Positions 51,485-60,511 of a DNA stretch of 64,000 nt are shown here, one piece after another. The DNA comes from Candidatus Poribacteria bacterium (GTDB taxonomy: Bacteria; Poribacteria; WGA-4E; PCPOR2b), in contig OZ220744.1 of NCBI GenBank assembly GCA_965116925.1, forward strand, positions 6,368,001 through 6,432,000, given 5' to 3'. Each line of letters begins with the position of its first letter. Position 1 is the stretch's first letter. Under the pieces are notes generated by a model. The model saw nothing but the letters and a program-made list of their open reading frames with translations, searched no databases and was not told where the DNA came from. The position numbers and the translations under genes were made by a program.

Positions 51485-53341
51485 CTACCGGATAACAATT
51501 TCAAACGGCATTACTGTTGCAGCAGGTTCATTGACAAACAGATACAGCCAGTAAAAACTCGGCAAAGTTTGTTCAATTGGTGTCGGCAATGGCAGGTGAG
51601 ACGTCATCGGAAGCCGTATGTCCATCTCCATATCCTCTATTAGGGTCTCGAAGAACGTCTTCGGCTTTGGCAGTATGATGAGGTCAATCTCATCGGTGGG
51701 ATCCAGTGCAATTTGTTTTTTAGCAATTGCGAGTGCGGTATCGAGTCCACCGAGTTCATCGACAAGCCCAATCTCCTTCGCCTGTTTTCCTGTCCAGATT
51801 CGCCCTTGTGCAAGTTCGTGGATTTCCGCTTCGGTTTTATCTCGCCCTTCAGCAGCCCTTCGGACAAAACCTTGATAGATTGTCTCTAACAATTTCTGCA
51901 ACCGCTCACGCTCCCTCGGTGTAAAATCGCCGTAATCCGAGTAGAGATTCGCATTCTTCCCGCGTGTGATAACCTCTTTTGTCAGTCCAACCTTGTTGTA
52001 GAGTCCTTTGAGATTGAGTTTCCCGCCAAGCACCCCAATTGAGCCGGTAATTGTCCCCGGTTCGGCGACAATCGTACCTGCAGCCATAGCGATGTAGTAT
52101 CCGCCCGATCCGGCAACATCCGACATTGATACGATCACGGGTTTTTCCCGTTGCGTCAGCAGCACCTCCCGCCAAATGGCGTCTGATGCGACCGCAGACC
52201 CGCCGGGACTATCAACTCGCATGATGACCGCTTGAATGTCACTGTCCTCGCGGGCTTCACGAAGTGCCTCCGCCATTACGCCGGGGGTAATAACCTGTCC
52301 TGTTGTGAATGGACTGGTAGGTGCATCGGGCATGATGGGACCGGTGGCGTAAATCAGTGCAACCTTTGCTTTTCCTTCTCCAGAGGTTGGCTGCTTTGAC
52401 GATGAAAGCATAGAAAAAAGTCTCATGAAACCCGCAAAGCCGGTGAGTTCAGGGGCTGCCATTGATTTTTTGCCGTATTCGGACACAACTTCGGCTTTTT
52501 CCTCCGCACGTTCCTCAATTGATTGCACCAGTTCGTCGTAGTATTGGAGTGCATCAACGAGCTTTGCCTGATGTGCTTCTTCGGCAGTAAAAGGTCCTCG
52601 ATCAATGAGATTCGCAGCCAACGCCGCATCAATTTCACCCCGTCCGTTAGCAATCATTTCAACCTGCTGTGCATAAAGATCATCGAGAATCGCATTCATT
52701 GTCTCTCTTTGGGCTTCTGACATACTGTCTCGCATGTATGGCTCAATCGCTGATTTATACTTGCCGACAGCGTACAGGTCCGCTTTGACCTCTAGTTTAT
52801 CCAGAAGGCCTCTGTAAAACATCACTTCAGCCCGCAATCCTGTCAAACCGACCATCCCTGCCGGCATCAACACAATCCGATCCGCGGCGCAGGCGAGCAG
52901 ATATTCCACATTGCCACCGCTTTCGAGGTAACTGATGACTTCGATTCCATCGCTTCGGAGTTGGATAATTTTGTCACGGAGTTCCTGTAGCTTCGCCCAA
53001 CCGATTCCGAGTCCCTCGATCTTCAGCAAGACACCGGCAACTTCGTCGTCCTTGCGGATATTGTCGATCTGTTTTGTTATGCTGCGGAGGGTTTTGACTT
53101 GGGGCGAAAATACAAATGTGGGTCTGACCTCTGCAAGCGGTCCCTTGATTGCTAATTCAACATACTTTTGCGAAGGCATCTCCTGTGTATCTGAAGTTTC
53201 GTCTAAGGAATTGGCGGGTACTTGTGGTTCAACCGCTTCCTCTCCGTTCCGAGAGTCTAAAACTTGAGCAAAAACAGAGGAGCAGATTAGAAGGGTACTG
53301 ATGACGGTGAGCAGCCAGAATCGCTTTGTCTGTTTCGGCAT
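51485..53341 (-). CDS. sppA: Signal peptide peptidase SppA (67K type)
   Basis: GKYKSA, DSPGGS, SGGYY, TGSIGV; N-terminal signal. Confidence 0.92.
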   Translation of the reverse strand: MPKQTKRFWLLTVISTLLICSSVFAQVLDSRNGEEAVEPQVPANSLDETSDTQEMPSQKYVELAIKGPLAEVRPTFVFSPQVKTLRSITKQIDNIRKDDEVAGVLLKIEGLGIGWAKLQELRDKIIQLRSDGIEVISYLESGGNVEYLLACAADRIVLMPAGMVGLTGLRAEVMFYRGLLDKLEVKADLYAVGKYKSAIEPYMRDSMSEAQRETMNAILDDLYAQQVEMIANGRGEIDAALAANLIDRGPFTAEEAHQAKLVDALQYYDELVQSIEERAEEKAEVVSEYGKKSMAAPELTGFAGFMRLFSMLSSSKQPTSGEGKAKVALIYATGPIMPDAPTSPFTTGQVITPGVMAEALREAREDSDIQAVIMRVDSPGGSAVASDAIWREVLLTQREKPVIVSMSDVAGSGGYYIAMAAGTIVAEPGTITGSIGVLGGKLNLKGLYNKVGLTKEVITRGKNANLYSDYGDFTPRERERLQKLLETIYQGFVRRAAEGRDKTEAEIHELAQGRIWTGKQAKEIGLVDELGGLDTALAIAKKQIALDPTDEIDLIILPKPKTFFETLIEDMEMDIRLPMTSHLPLPTPIEQTLPSFYWLYLFVNEPAATVMPFEIVIR

Positions 53342-53457
53342 GGTGCTACCCTTTCTGATGTGATGTGTGAGATTTGAACGGGTTCATTTTACCAAATGGC
53401 GCGGCAGGTTTCAACCCCAAATGAGTATATTTCTTCTGACCTACGCTAATTTTTGAT

Positions 53458-54312
53458 TCACAGTGGACGGAACTCTACTAAACGGCTGTTGGCATCAAAC
53501 CCAGGGGCTCCCACATACTGGATGGCATTTAGATTTATGCTATCCGCATGTGCAAAGTGAATGTGACCACAAAAAACAGCGACAAGGTTCTCTGCCCTCA
53601 CAAGGGTACGCGCAAATTCTAAGGTTGGGGGTAGATCTTCTCCGGTGCCCCATTGATCTCGACCCTCAGGGCCCCAGTCCGGATCAGCGATTAAAATTGG
53701 GTTCTCGAAGCGTTCTAATGTTGGCTCCCGCAGCGTTGGAAGGCTCACAGGGATATGGGTGAGCAGCACTGTTGGTATTCCGTTTGCCAGATGTGTAGCT
53801 ACAAACGCTGTCTGTTCTTCGTCTACTTGATAGATGGAATCATCGACCAGCAAAAACTGGATGCCACCGATTTCATATCGGGCATACGCCGCCTCTCCGT
53901 GGTGCAGCGGTGCCAATGCCTCCCACCATACTTCCCGCAACTCCCCCCGTCCCTCGACGCCCGGATAGTGCCAGTCGTGGTTTCCGGAGGTATACAGTAC
54001 CGGTACGTCCACTTTGTCAATCGACTTCGCGAGGGTTTCGACACCCGCTTGAGAGGGGAAATGTACCATATCACCGGTCAACGCAACCAGATCCAGAGAG
54101 CTGCCCTTGGCTTCTTCCATCAGCTTATCAAAGATCTGTTCTCTTGATGCAAAACGCTCGCATGCCCCTTGACAAGCCTCTATATGTTCAGCGTCACGGT
54201 CATCAATGAGGGCAATGTGTGAATCGGTGATGTGGAGCATCCGAACCGTTTGATCCAATCCTTCGACGCAAATCGTTGCTGTGTTATCATTCCATTTGTG
54301 TGTCGTTCGCAT
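53458..54312 (-). CDS. Calcineurin-like metallophosphoesterase
   Basis: DSH, TGD, GNHD, H.P, GHIH. Confidence 0.9.
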   Translation of the reverse strand: MRTTHKWNDNTATICVEGLDQTVRMLHITDSHIALIDDRDAEHIEACQGACERFASREQIFDKLMEEAKGSSLDLVALTGDMVHFPSQAGVETLAKSIDKVDVPVLYTSGNHDWHYPGVEGRGELREVWWEALAPLHHGEAAYARYEIGGIQFLLVDDSIYQVDEEQTAFVATHLANGIPTVLLTHIPVSLPTLREPTLERFENPILIADPDWGPEGRDQWGTGEDLPPTLEFARTLVRAENLVAVFCGHIHFAHADSINLNAIQYVGAPGFDANSRLVEFRPL

Positions 54313-54348
54313 GATTGTTTTCCTTGTATGTACCCCAAGTTACTAGGT

Positions 54349-54627
54349 TAGGACTTACGCATTTCAGCTCAGTTGGCGCGGGGAAATCAGATGCTCCGCC
54401 CCGATAAATCGGAATGCAAGCACCTGCGGTTGGCTGCGTAAATCGCAAAAAGTGTTAGATTTTGTTAGATTTTGCCAGGGATGCCGTTAAAGTTAGGATT
54501 TACGCATTAGAAGATACTTCTGACTCCCGACAAAATGTTGCGGGGCAAGTCCGAGCGGATTTCCGATAAATCGAGAGCAGGCTCGTGCCCGGGTATGCCC
54601 CACCTACAGTTGGCTGCGTAATGCCTA
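54349..54627. mobile_element. Two tandem MITE-like units with TAGGA(C/T)TTACGCA ends
   Basis: 54349-54446 and 54494-54627, both ending CACCT.C.GTTGGCTGCGTAA. Confidence 0.6.
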
Positions 54628-54779
54628 TAGGTATTGAAAATCCGTTGGATTGTCGTTAAAGTTGATGTGTTCAATCTTTCGCTCCAGCGGAGCGATATGT
54701 TTATAGAATACCAATGCATCCCATCTCTGCACTCCAGATGAGTGCTATGTGTATAGCAAAACATGTCTAGCTGCCAGCA

Positions 54780-56297
54780 TTATGAAAGTTGTTCCATAAA
54801 CCGCTTAGTTACCCGATCTATGGTCTCCTTTACATCAAACAGTGCATCTTCTGCGGGATATAGCTCGTCCTTCTCAAGTTTCTCATACGGTAAAGCAATT
54901 GCATATTCAACCGCTGCAACTTCATAGCAAACTTCTCGGAATTCTCGTGAATCGGTAGAATTGCCTCCAGTTTCCAGGGCACTAGCGATTTGGGGATGAT
55001 CTAAGTTTATGAAAATTGTCTTCGTATCTCCGGCGTACCTTGATCGATTTTGTTCAGTAGTGATACGCTCAAATTCAATGGAGAAAACTGCTTTTCGCCG
55101 TTTTTCGTTCTCTCCGCTTGGATCTTTTCTCGGTTTCGATTTATTTTCTCCCTGTGCAGCCGATTTCTTCCTTGAGGTATTTCCCTGTCCATCTCCACTC
55201 CTAGAACGCCTAACCCTTTGCGTCATTTCAAGGTCCAGCTCTTGTTGCGCGAAGTCTTGATTGAGAATATTCGAGATTCTATTAGCTTCTTTCACCAGCT
55301 TTGCTTCCATCGCTGATTGACGTTTTTCACGAGCTTGTCTCACAAGTTCTAATCTGATTTCCTCAAGTTCTTGTGAAAGCCAACCTAGCAGCACCACAAC
55401 CACGGGATTTTGTCGGTTCAGCGTGTTATTTCTTGTGTTGTCAAAGGCTGGAATGGGCCATTCACCGTCCTCCAAGATTGGGACATCGATCTGTCCAAAA
55501 ATTTGATTCGCGTTCTCTTTTCTTTCAATTCCTGCAAGTGTCGTTTCATGCCAGATGCCGTGAGATAAAATGTCAATTCCTCGCGTATCCTCGTCTAACG
55601 GTACAGGAGATACCTTGACATTCAGGGATACGTCCCCAATATGTTGGGCAACTCCTTTTGGCGGAAGGCGTTCAAATTGTGCTACAGATGGCGGTTCTTT
55701 AAACTTGCACACATGCCCGTTTACAGTCACATGGGCACGGGTACGGTAACGGCTGAGATGGCGTTCAACGTATGACATCACCTTATCAATATCTAGTCGT
55801 TTTATGTTAAATTCGCGAATGACTACAATTGTCCCATCGTCTTCATCTGTTGGCTGATTTACCTCAATGTCTCGAACAGGAAAAGGTTCGCCACTTTGTG
55901 CCTGTTCAATATCTCTCCTGTGCAGTTCAACGATGTTCCGCGAACCTGCCTGAATTGTGTCAATGCAAAGCAAATTTGCCAAGCCGAAGGCGGCACATTT
56001 GCCCGTACCAAATCGTCCTCGGACTCTTTTTCCCTTTTTTCTAAGAGGATTCTCCCCGTGCATCTCAAAGAAGCTGCCTAGCTCTTTTTCAGACATACCG
56101 CGACTGTTGTCAGATATAGTCACTTCATGGCTTGTTATCTCAACAGCAATAATTGCTCGGAGGTCATCTTTGACAGCGTCCAGAGAGTTTGCGACGTATT
56201 CCCAAACTACTCTAGGCATGGTATTAAAATATGCAGCATTCTGAAGGAAATCCCTAGCTACATTTGAAGTAACCTTGATAGCGTGTTGTCTAGCCAT
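54780..56297 (-). CDS. GHKL (MORC/Hsp90-like) ATPase
   Basis: WEYVANSLDA, SDNSRGM, GRFGTGK, GTIV, C-terminal IFINLDHP; ATG overlaps the upstream stop (TAATG). Confidence 0.85.
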   Translation of the reverse strand: MARQHAIKVTSNVARDFLQNAAYFNTMPRVVWEYVANSLDAVKDDLRAIIAVEITSHEVTISDNSRGMSEKELGSFFEMHGENPLRKKGKRVRGRFGTGKCAAFGLANLLCIDTIQAGSRNIVELHRRDIEQAQSGEPFPVRDIEVNQPTDEDDGTIVVIREFNIKRLDIDKVMSYVERHLSRYRTRAHVTVNGHVCKFKEPPSVAQFERLPPKGVAQHIGDVSLNVKVSPVPLDEDTRGIDILSHGIWHETTLAGIERKENANQIFGQIDVPILEDGEWPIPAFDNTRNNTLNRQNPVVVVLLGWLSQELEEIRLELVRQAREKRQSAMEAKLVKEANRISNILNQDFAQQELDLEMTQRVRRSRSGDGQGNTSRKKSAAQGENKSKPRKDPSGENEKRRKAVFSIEFERITTEQNRSRYAGDTKTIFINLDHPQIASALETGGNSTDSREFREVCYEVAAVEYAIALPYEKLEKDELYPAEDALFDVKETIDRVTKRFMEQLS

Positions 56298-56878
56298 TAC
56301 TCCATCTCCTTTGAAAATTTCGTTTGAAGCAGATCCCACAATTCTGATAAGGTCTCATTATCGCTTACCGCGTTCGCTATGATTGCGTATCGCCGCTGTC
56401 TGGTTTTGATCTGAAAATACTCATTCACCCGGGCAAACTCGTAGAAATCTTGTACAGTAATCTCTTTTGATTTATCTGCAACGAATAGGTGATATGCTTT
56501 TGTACTGAATAAACGGTTGCGCTCTAGCTCCTGGTTTGCGGAAATAGAAGCTTTCCTGTATTTAGCTGGGAGTTCATCTCTAATAGCATCAAAATCCACA
56601 GTTTTTATCCACTTCAAACCTGCAGGACTGAGCATCCAGCCTTTTGTATTATTCCCGACTATCAATTCTCCACATCGTGCTTTCTTCGCGTCTTGGAGCG
56701 CAAAACTAACAGTTGATAAATCAATGTGTTCAGGATATTTTCGCCAATTAAAGCGTCCTGGTGCAATATCATTTACCTTGAGAGCGACATCCTCACAATC
56801 AACGTACGCCGTGTCTCCATCTAAGAGTGCCACGGCTATTGTAACGAACTGTGGTTTTGAGAATTCAATTCTTTGCAT
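56297..56878 (-). CDS. Hypothetical protein, probable N-terminal winged helix
   Basis: 193-aa ORF overlapping both neighbours; wing-like GWMLSPAGLKW. Confidence 0.7.
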   Translation of the reverse strand: MQRIEFSKPQFVTIAVALLDGDTAYVDCEDVALKVNDIAPGRFNWRKYPEHIDLSTVSFALQDAKKARCGELIVGNNTKGWMLSPAGLKWIKTVDFDAIRDELPAKYRKASISANQELERNRLFSTKAYHLFVADKSKEITVQDFYEFARVNEYFQIKTRQRRYAIIANAVSDNETLSELWDLLQTKFSKEME

Positions 56879-58808
56879 TTCCCGCCTCCTTTTCTATCAT
56901 AACTGTTCTGGTCCATGCGTTGAATGTAAACTTCACGCGCTCTCCCGGTTGACAGTTCAGCAATTCAAAAGGCTTTTTTAAATGTCGAAATTCATTCTCA
57001 ACTACGTTTAGTTCACCTGCTTCCTCACTATTAACATAGCAGGGCCAGTTACCACTTAAATCCCGAAATTGTTCACAAAAAATCGTACCTGAACCTACAG
57101 CAACTGCACTGGGGGTGACACTCACTATGATGTTCCCATCCATACGGTATTCAACTTCCGGACGAAGTGGCTGATGTTCTCTAGCAGCTTGGGCGCGTTC
57201 TATATCTTGGTAGGCTATTACCTTCCCGCGCAGCTTATATAAACCTGATTCTATTTTATCAAACAAGGGAGAAGAATTTAGGGTTGCATGTAAGGTAGGA
57301 AAAGATAGTTCACTTTCTACAAAGGCATGAGCTAATTCGGAATGATGCAATACCGGTCCGATTTCTTCTAAACAATTCATTATGATAGTTTCACCTTTGC
57401 TTAGCTTCTCGTCGCGGGCACCCTCCCAATAATACAATTCATTGTCACATTGGTAGCCGTTAATCCTAAGTATTTCAGCCATCACATCAGGAGGAGGCAC
57501 AGGAAATATTGACCTTGATCGAGCAGTATCCCTACTTGCTAGGTATTCTGGTACAGAGGATCCTGACCTTGATATTCCGTGTCTTAGACCAGCACAGATG
57601 TCATCAATATTCAATTGTCCACAGTACTGAAACATCTGATGTAGGCAGCGGTGAAAAACATCACGGGATGAAATTTGGGAAGGACTGGGAGTAAACCATC
57701 CTGTGGAAAGAGCTCTGTATCCTAGTCCTTGCAAGATATCTGTTATCTCTTCTAATTCTATTTCCATTTCTTGGGATAGCCACCTAGCATATACGCCTCC
57801 GGAAAACTTCCTGTGCCGGTTGATGAGTCTTTTGGCTTTATCAGATAAAGTGTCAACCGCATGTAGTATTTTAGCCGGGACATCTGATTTGCCTTTGGCT
57901 GCAAGTTGTACAGCATACTGTAAATTCTTAGGCATTTGCAGCCAACGAATCTTACAATCAGTAAACAGATTACAGATTGCAATCATGGCTTCTACTGTGT
58001 TCGTATCGACAAAGTCCTGTGATGTCCAATCACCAACGAGTCCTGATGACCGAATACGCTGCGCCCATCCTGCATAGGTAATATCGAGACCTAAATCTCT
58101 CGCGATGAGGAAGGCGGACTGCATTCTATGCAGAGCGGGTTTAGTCTTTAGGTTGCTGATGGAGATGGCCTTTTCCTTGAGCTCACTGCGTATCTGCCTT
58201 ACTCGTTCACGCGAAATACCTAGCTTCTCCCCAGTTTGTCTCAGGTTTTTAGGTTCTAAACCATACGTGGAGAGTAAAACGGGTACACAGTGTTGGCCGG
58301 GAATCTGGTTGAGGAAAAACTCGATTTCCTCACAGATATTGAGTGAAGAGCCTAAAATGGTTGCTAAAACCTCATATACATGATTACTCTCTATCGTTTT
58401 GATCTCCGCACGCCAGTCTTTAACCCAGTCTTTTATCGATTTTTCTGCAATAGGCACCTCATAGTGGAGCAATCCTCTTGATAGCTGCTTCTTGACTAAT
58501 TGTACTTGCCACATAACTACTACCCATGAAATTTCATTATCTTGGGGTGTAATTGTATCTGTATTCGCTTTAACCTCAGAATCACCGAGGATTTTCACCT
58601 GATCCAGCTTATTTTTTATTTCTAAGATAGATTTTCTTCCGAGACCGGGAGTTGTTCGGAGTCTGTCCGATTCAACTAGCTGTAAGACTTCTCCAACTGT
58701 CTGAATACGGGCGCGTGTGAGGGCGTTGAAGGAACGATTGGTTAGGTTTAATTGATCGATGGAATCTTCCGGTGAAAGATTAGCATAATTTAGGAAAAGT
58801 TGATTCAT
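56865..58808 (-). CDS. RNAP alpha-CTD-like plus sigma70 region-4-like multidomain protein
   Basis: LNLTNRSFNAL...TPGLGRKS (alphaCTD); YGLEPKNLRQTGEKLGISRERVRQI (sigma 4.2); long uncharacterised C-terminus. Confidence 0.8.
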   Translation of the reverse strand: MNQLFLNYANLSPEDSIDQLNLTNRSFNALTRARIQTVGEVLQLVESDRLRTTPGLGRKSILEIKNKLDQVKILGDSEVKANTDTITPQDNEISWVVVMWQVQLVKKQLSRGLLHYEVPIAEKSIKDWVKDWRAEIKTIESNHVYEVLATILGSSLNICEEIEFFLNQIPGQHCVPVLLSTYGLEPKNLRQTGEKLGISRERVRQIRSELKEKAISISNLKTKPALHRMQSAFLIARDLGLDITYAGWAQRIRSSGLVGDWTSQDFVDTNTVEAMIAICNLFTDCKIRWLQMPKNLQYAVQLAAKGKSDVPAKILHAVDTLSDKAKRLINRHRKFSGGVYARWLSQEMEIELEEITDILQGLGYRALSTGWFTPSPSQISSRDVFHRCLHQMFQYCGQLNIDDICAGLRHGISRSGSSVPEYLASRDTARSRSIFPVPPPDVMAEILRINGYQCDNELYYWEGARDEKLSKGETIIMNCLEEIGPVLHHSELAHAFVESELSFPTLHATLNSSPLFDKIESGLYKLRGKVIAYQDIERAQAAREHQPLRPEVEYRMDGNIIVSVTPSAVAVGSGTIFCEQFRDLSGNWPCYVNSEEAGELNVVENEFRHLKKPFELLNCQPGERVKFTFNAWTRTVMIEKEAGNAKN

Positions 58809-58915
58809 AATGCAAATCCTTATCTTTAGTAAAGCACCCCGTACTTGGCAAGTACCAAATCTGCCAATTTACTTAATGTGGTAATCATAGTGCTGAATTT
58901 GTACCTGATGACAAG

Positions 58916-58987
58916 CTAAACATACGATTCAATACGGTTAATTCCTTTTACTATGTCTTGAAGGTATACGTCATAGGTTCGTGACAT
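58916..58987 (-). pseudogene. Truncated HEPN (DUF86/HepT-like) toxin
   Basis: MSRTYDVYLQDIVKGINRIESYV* overlapping the 3' end of the MNT gene. Confidence 0.7.
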
Positions 58988-59282
58988 ACTCTACCTGTTT
59001 TTCAATATAAGGTTTCAAGTCCGATTTAACGGACTGAACGGCAACAAGGTCAACCTTCTTCTCAAACAGATCTTCGAGGAAGAGAACAAGCCCCATGTAG
59101 TTGCGAAAAGTTGATTTTTCTAATTCAACGAGTAGATCAATGTCACTTGTAGCGTGTGCTGTTCCATTCACGTAAGATCCGAACAATCCGATTTGCTTGA
59201 CCCCAAACTTCCTCAGTGTATCCCGGTTATCCGCAAGTGTCTGTTTGATAAAGTGCTTGCTGAGAACTGCTCGGTTTTCCAA
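58971..59282 (-). CDS. Minimal nucleotidyltransferase (MntA-like antitoxin); alternative start 59315
   Basis: GLFGSY..G....SDIDLLVE, LEDLF.KKVDLV. Confidence 0.88.
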   Translation of the reverse strand: MENRAVLSKHFIKQTLADNRDTLRKFGVKQIGLFGSYVNGTAHATSDIDLLVELEKSTFRNYMGLVLFLEDLFEKKVDLVAVQSVKSDLKPYIEKQVEYVTNL

Positions 59283-59502
59283 CTTAAAACCCTCCACTGA
59301 AGCCTTTAAGAGCATGGCTAGCAGTTACAATGCTTTTATGAAAATGATCTTTTACTCGTTTAGGTAGCGACTTAACATTATTATACATCTTTTTATGTCG
59401 TTTATCAAACGAGTCCTGTAGTATAATTACACCACGACTAAATAAAAAAATCCAAGCAGCAAATTGTCTCAGAGAATCTACGGAGGAAAAAGGAGGATAA
59501 CC

Positions 59503-60297
59503 ATGCGCGTTGAACTTTTAGCCATTGATTGCCAAAACGACTTCTGTGATCCGGGTGGCGCGCTTTATGTGCCGGGCGCAGAAAATGATATGGCCTGTTT
59601 AGCGACATTTATCGATCGGATCGGTAGTCGTCTACACAATATGCACTTCACACTTGACAGCCATCACACGGTTGATGTCGGGCATCCAATATTTTGGAAA
59701 AGTAGCGATGGTGAGCCGCCGGAATCATTTACTACCATCACGCATGAGGATGTTAAAGCTGGAAACTGGCTGCCGTATGATCCAGCGTTTACTCAACGGA
59801 TGTTGGATTACACGCGGCTGTTGGAGGAAAATAATCGGTATCAACTGACGATTTGGCCCATACACTGCCGGATCGCAACGTGGGGGAGCGCGCTCTATCC
59901 TTCTGTGGATCAGGCGGTGCGAGATTGGGAGACATCTCAATTGAGGGTTGTTGATTTCGTAACGAAGGGTTCAAATATTTTCACCGAGCACTACAGCGCG
60001 GTGAAGGCGGATGTCCCGGATCCAGAAGACCCCGCCACGCAGCTCAATACCGACCTAATCCAGAAACTGGAAAGGTGTGATCAGGTGATTATTGTCGGTG
60101 AAGCGTTATCTCACTGCGTCGCAAGTACGGTGCGGGATATCGCAACCGAGTTTGGTGATGAAGGGGTGAAGAAATTTGTTATTCTTGAGGACTGTATGTC
60201 GAATGTCCCCGGCTTTGAATCGCTCGGCGATGCGTTCCTGCACGATATGTCACAACTGGGGGTGACCATTACCAACAGCGTGGACTTCATGCGATGA
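59503..60297 (+). CDS. Nicotinamidase/isochorismatase-family cysteine hydrolase
   Basis: IDCQNDFC, DSH, WPIHC, KG, EALSHCV; RBS AGGAGG. Confidence 0.85.
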   Translation: MRVELLAIDCQNDFCDPGGALYVPGAENDMACLATFIDRIGSRLHNMHFTLDSHHTVDVGHPIFWKSSDGEPPESFTTITHEDVKAGNWLPYDPAFTQRMLDYTRLLEENNRYQLTIWPIHCRIATWGSALYPSVDQAVRDWETSQLRVVDFVTKGSNIFTEHYSAVKADVPDPEDPATQLNTDLIQKLERCDQVIIVGEALSHCVASTVRDIATEFGDEGVKKFVILEDCMSNVPGFESLGDAFLHDMSQLGVTITNSVDFMR

Positions 60298-60511
60298 ATC
60301 GTAGAGGGATTGGTGAAACCCCCTTGCGAAAAGGACGTTTCCAAAGAGTGGGAGGGTATTGATGATGAAACCGAAACGCAAACCCAAGACATTCGCAGGG
60401 ACGGTCGCCCAGAACCTAACGCGAAAAAAGCAAGTTGAGACAATGCAGAGGCAGCTGTTAAAGCGTGCGCGAAAGGATCAAGAGCGCGAAAGAGTTACCT
60501 GATTGCACCCA

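Noticed and set aside
56865..58808. Calling this gene rpoA or a sigma factor
   Set aside because: No alpha N-terminal domain and no sigma region 2; only isolated modules
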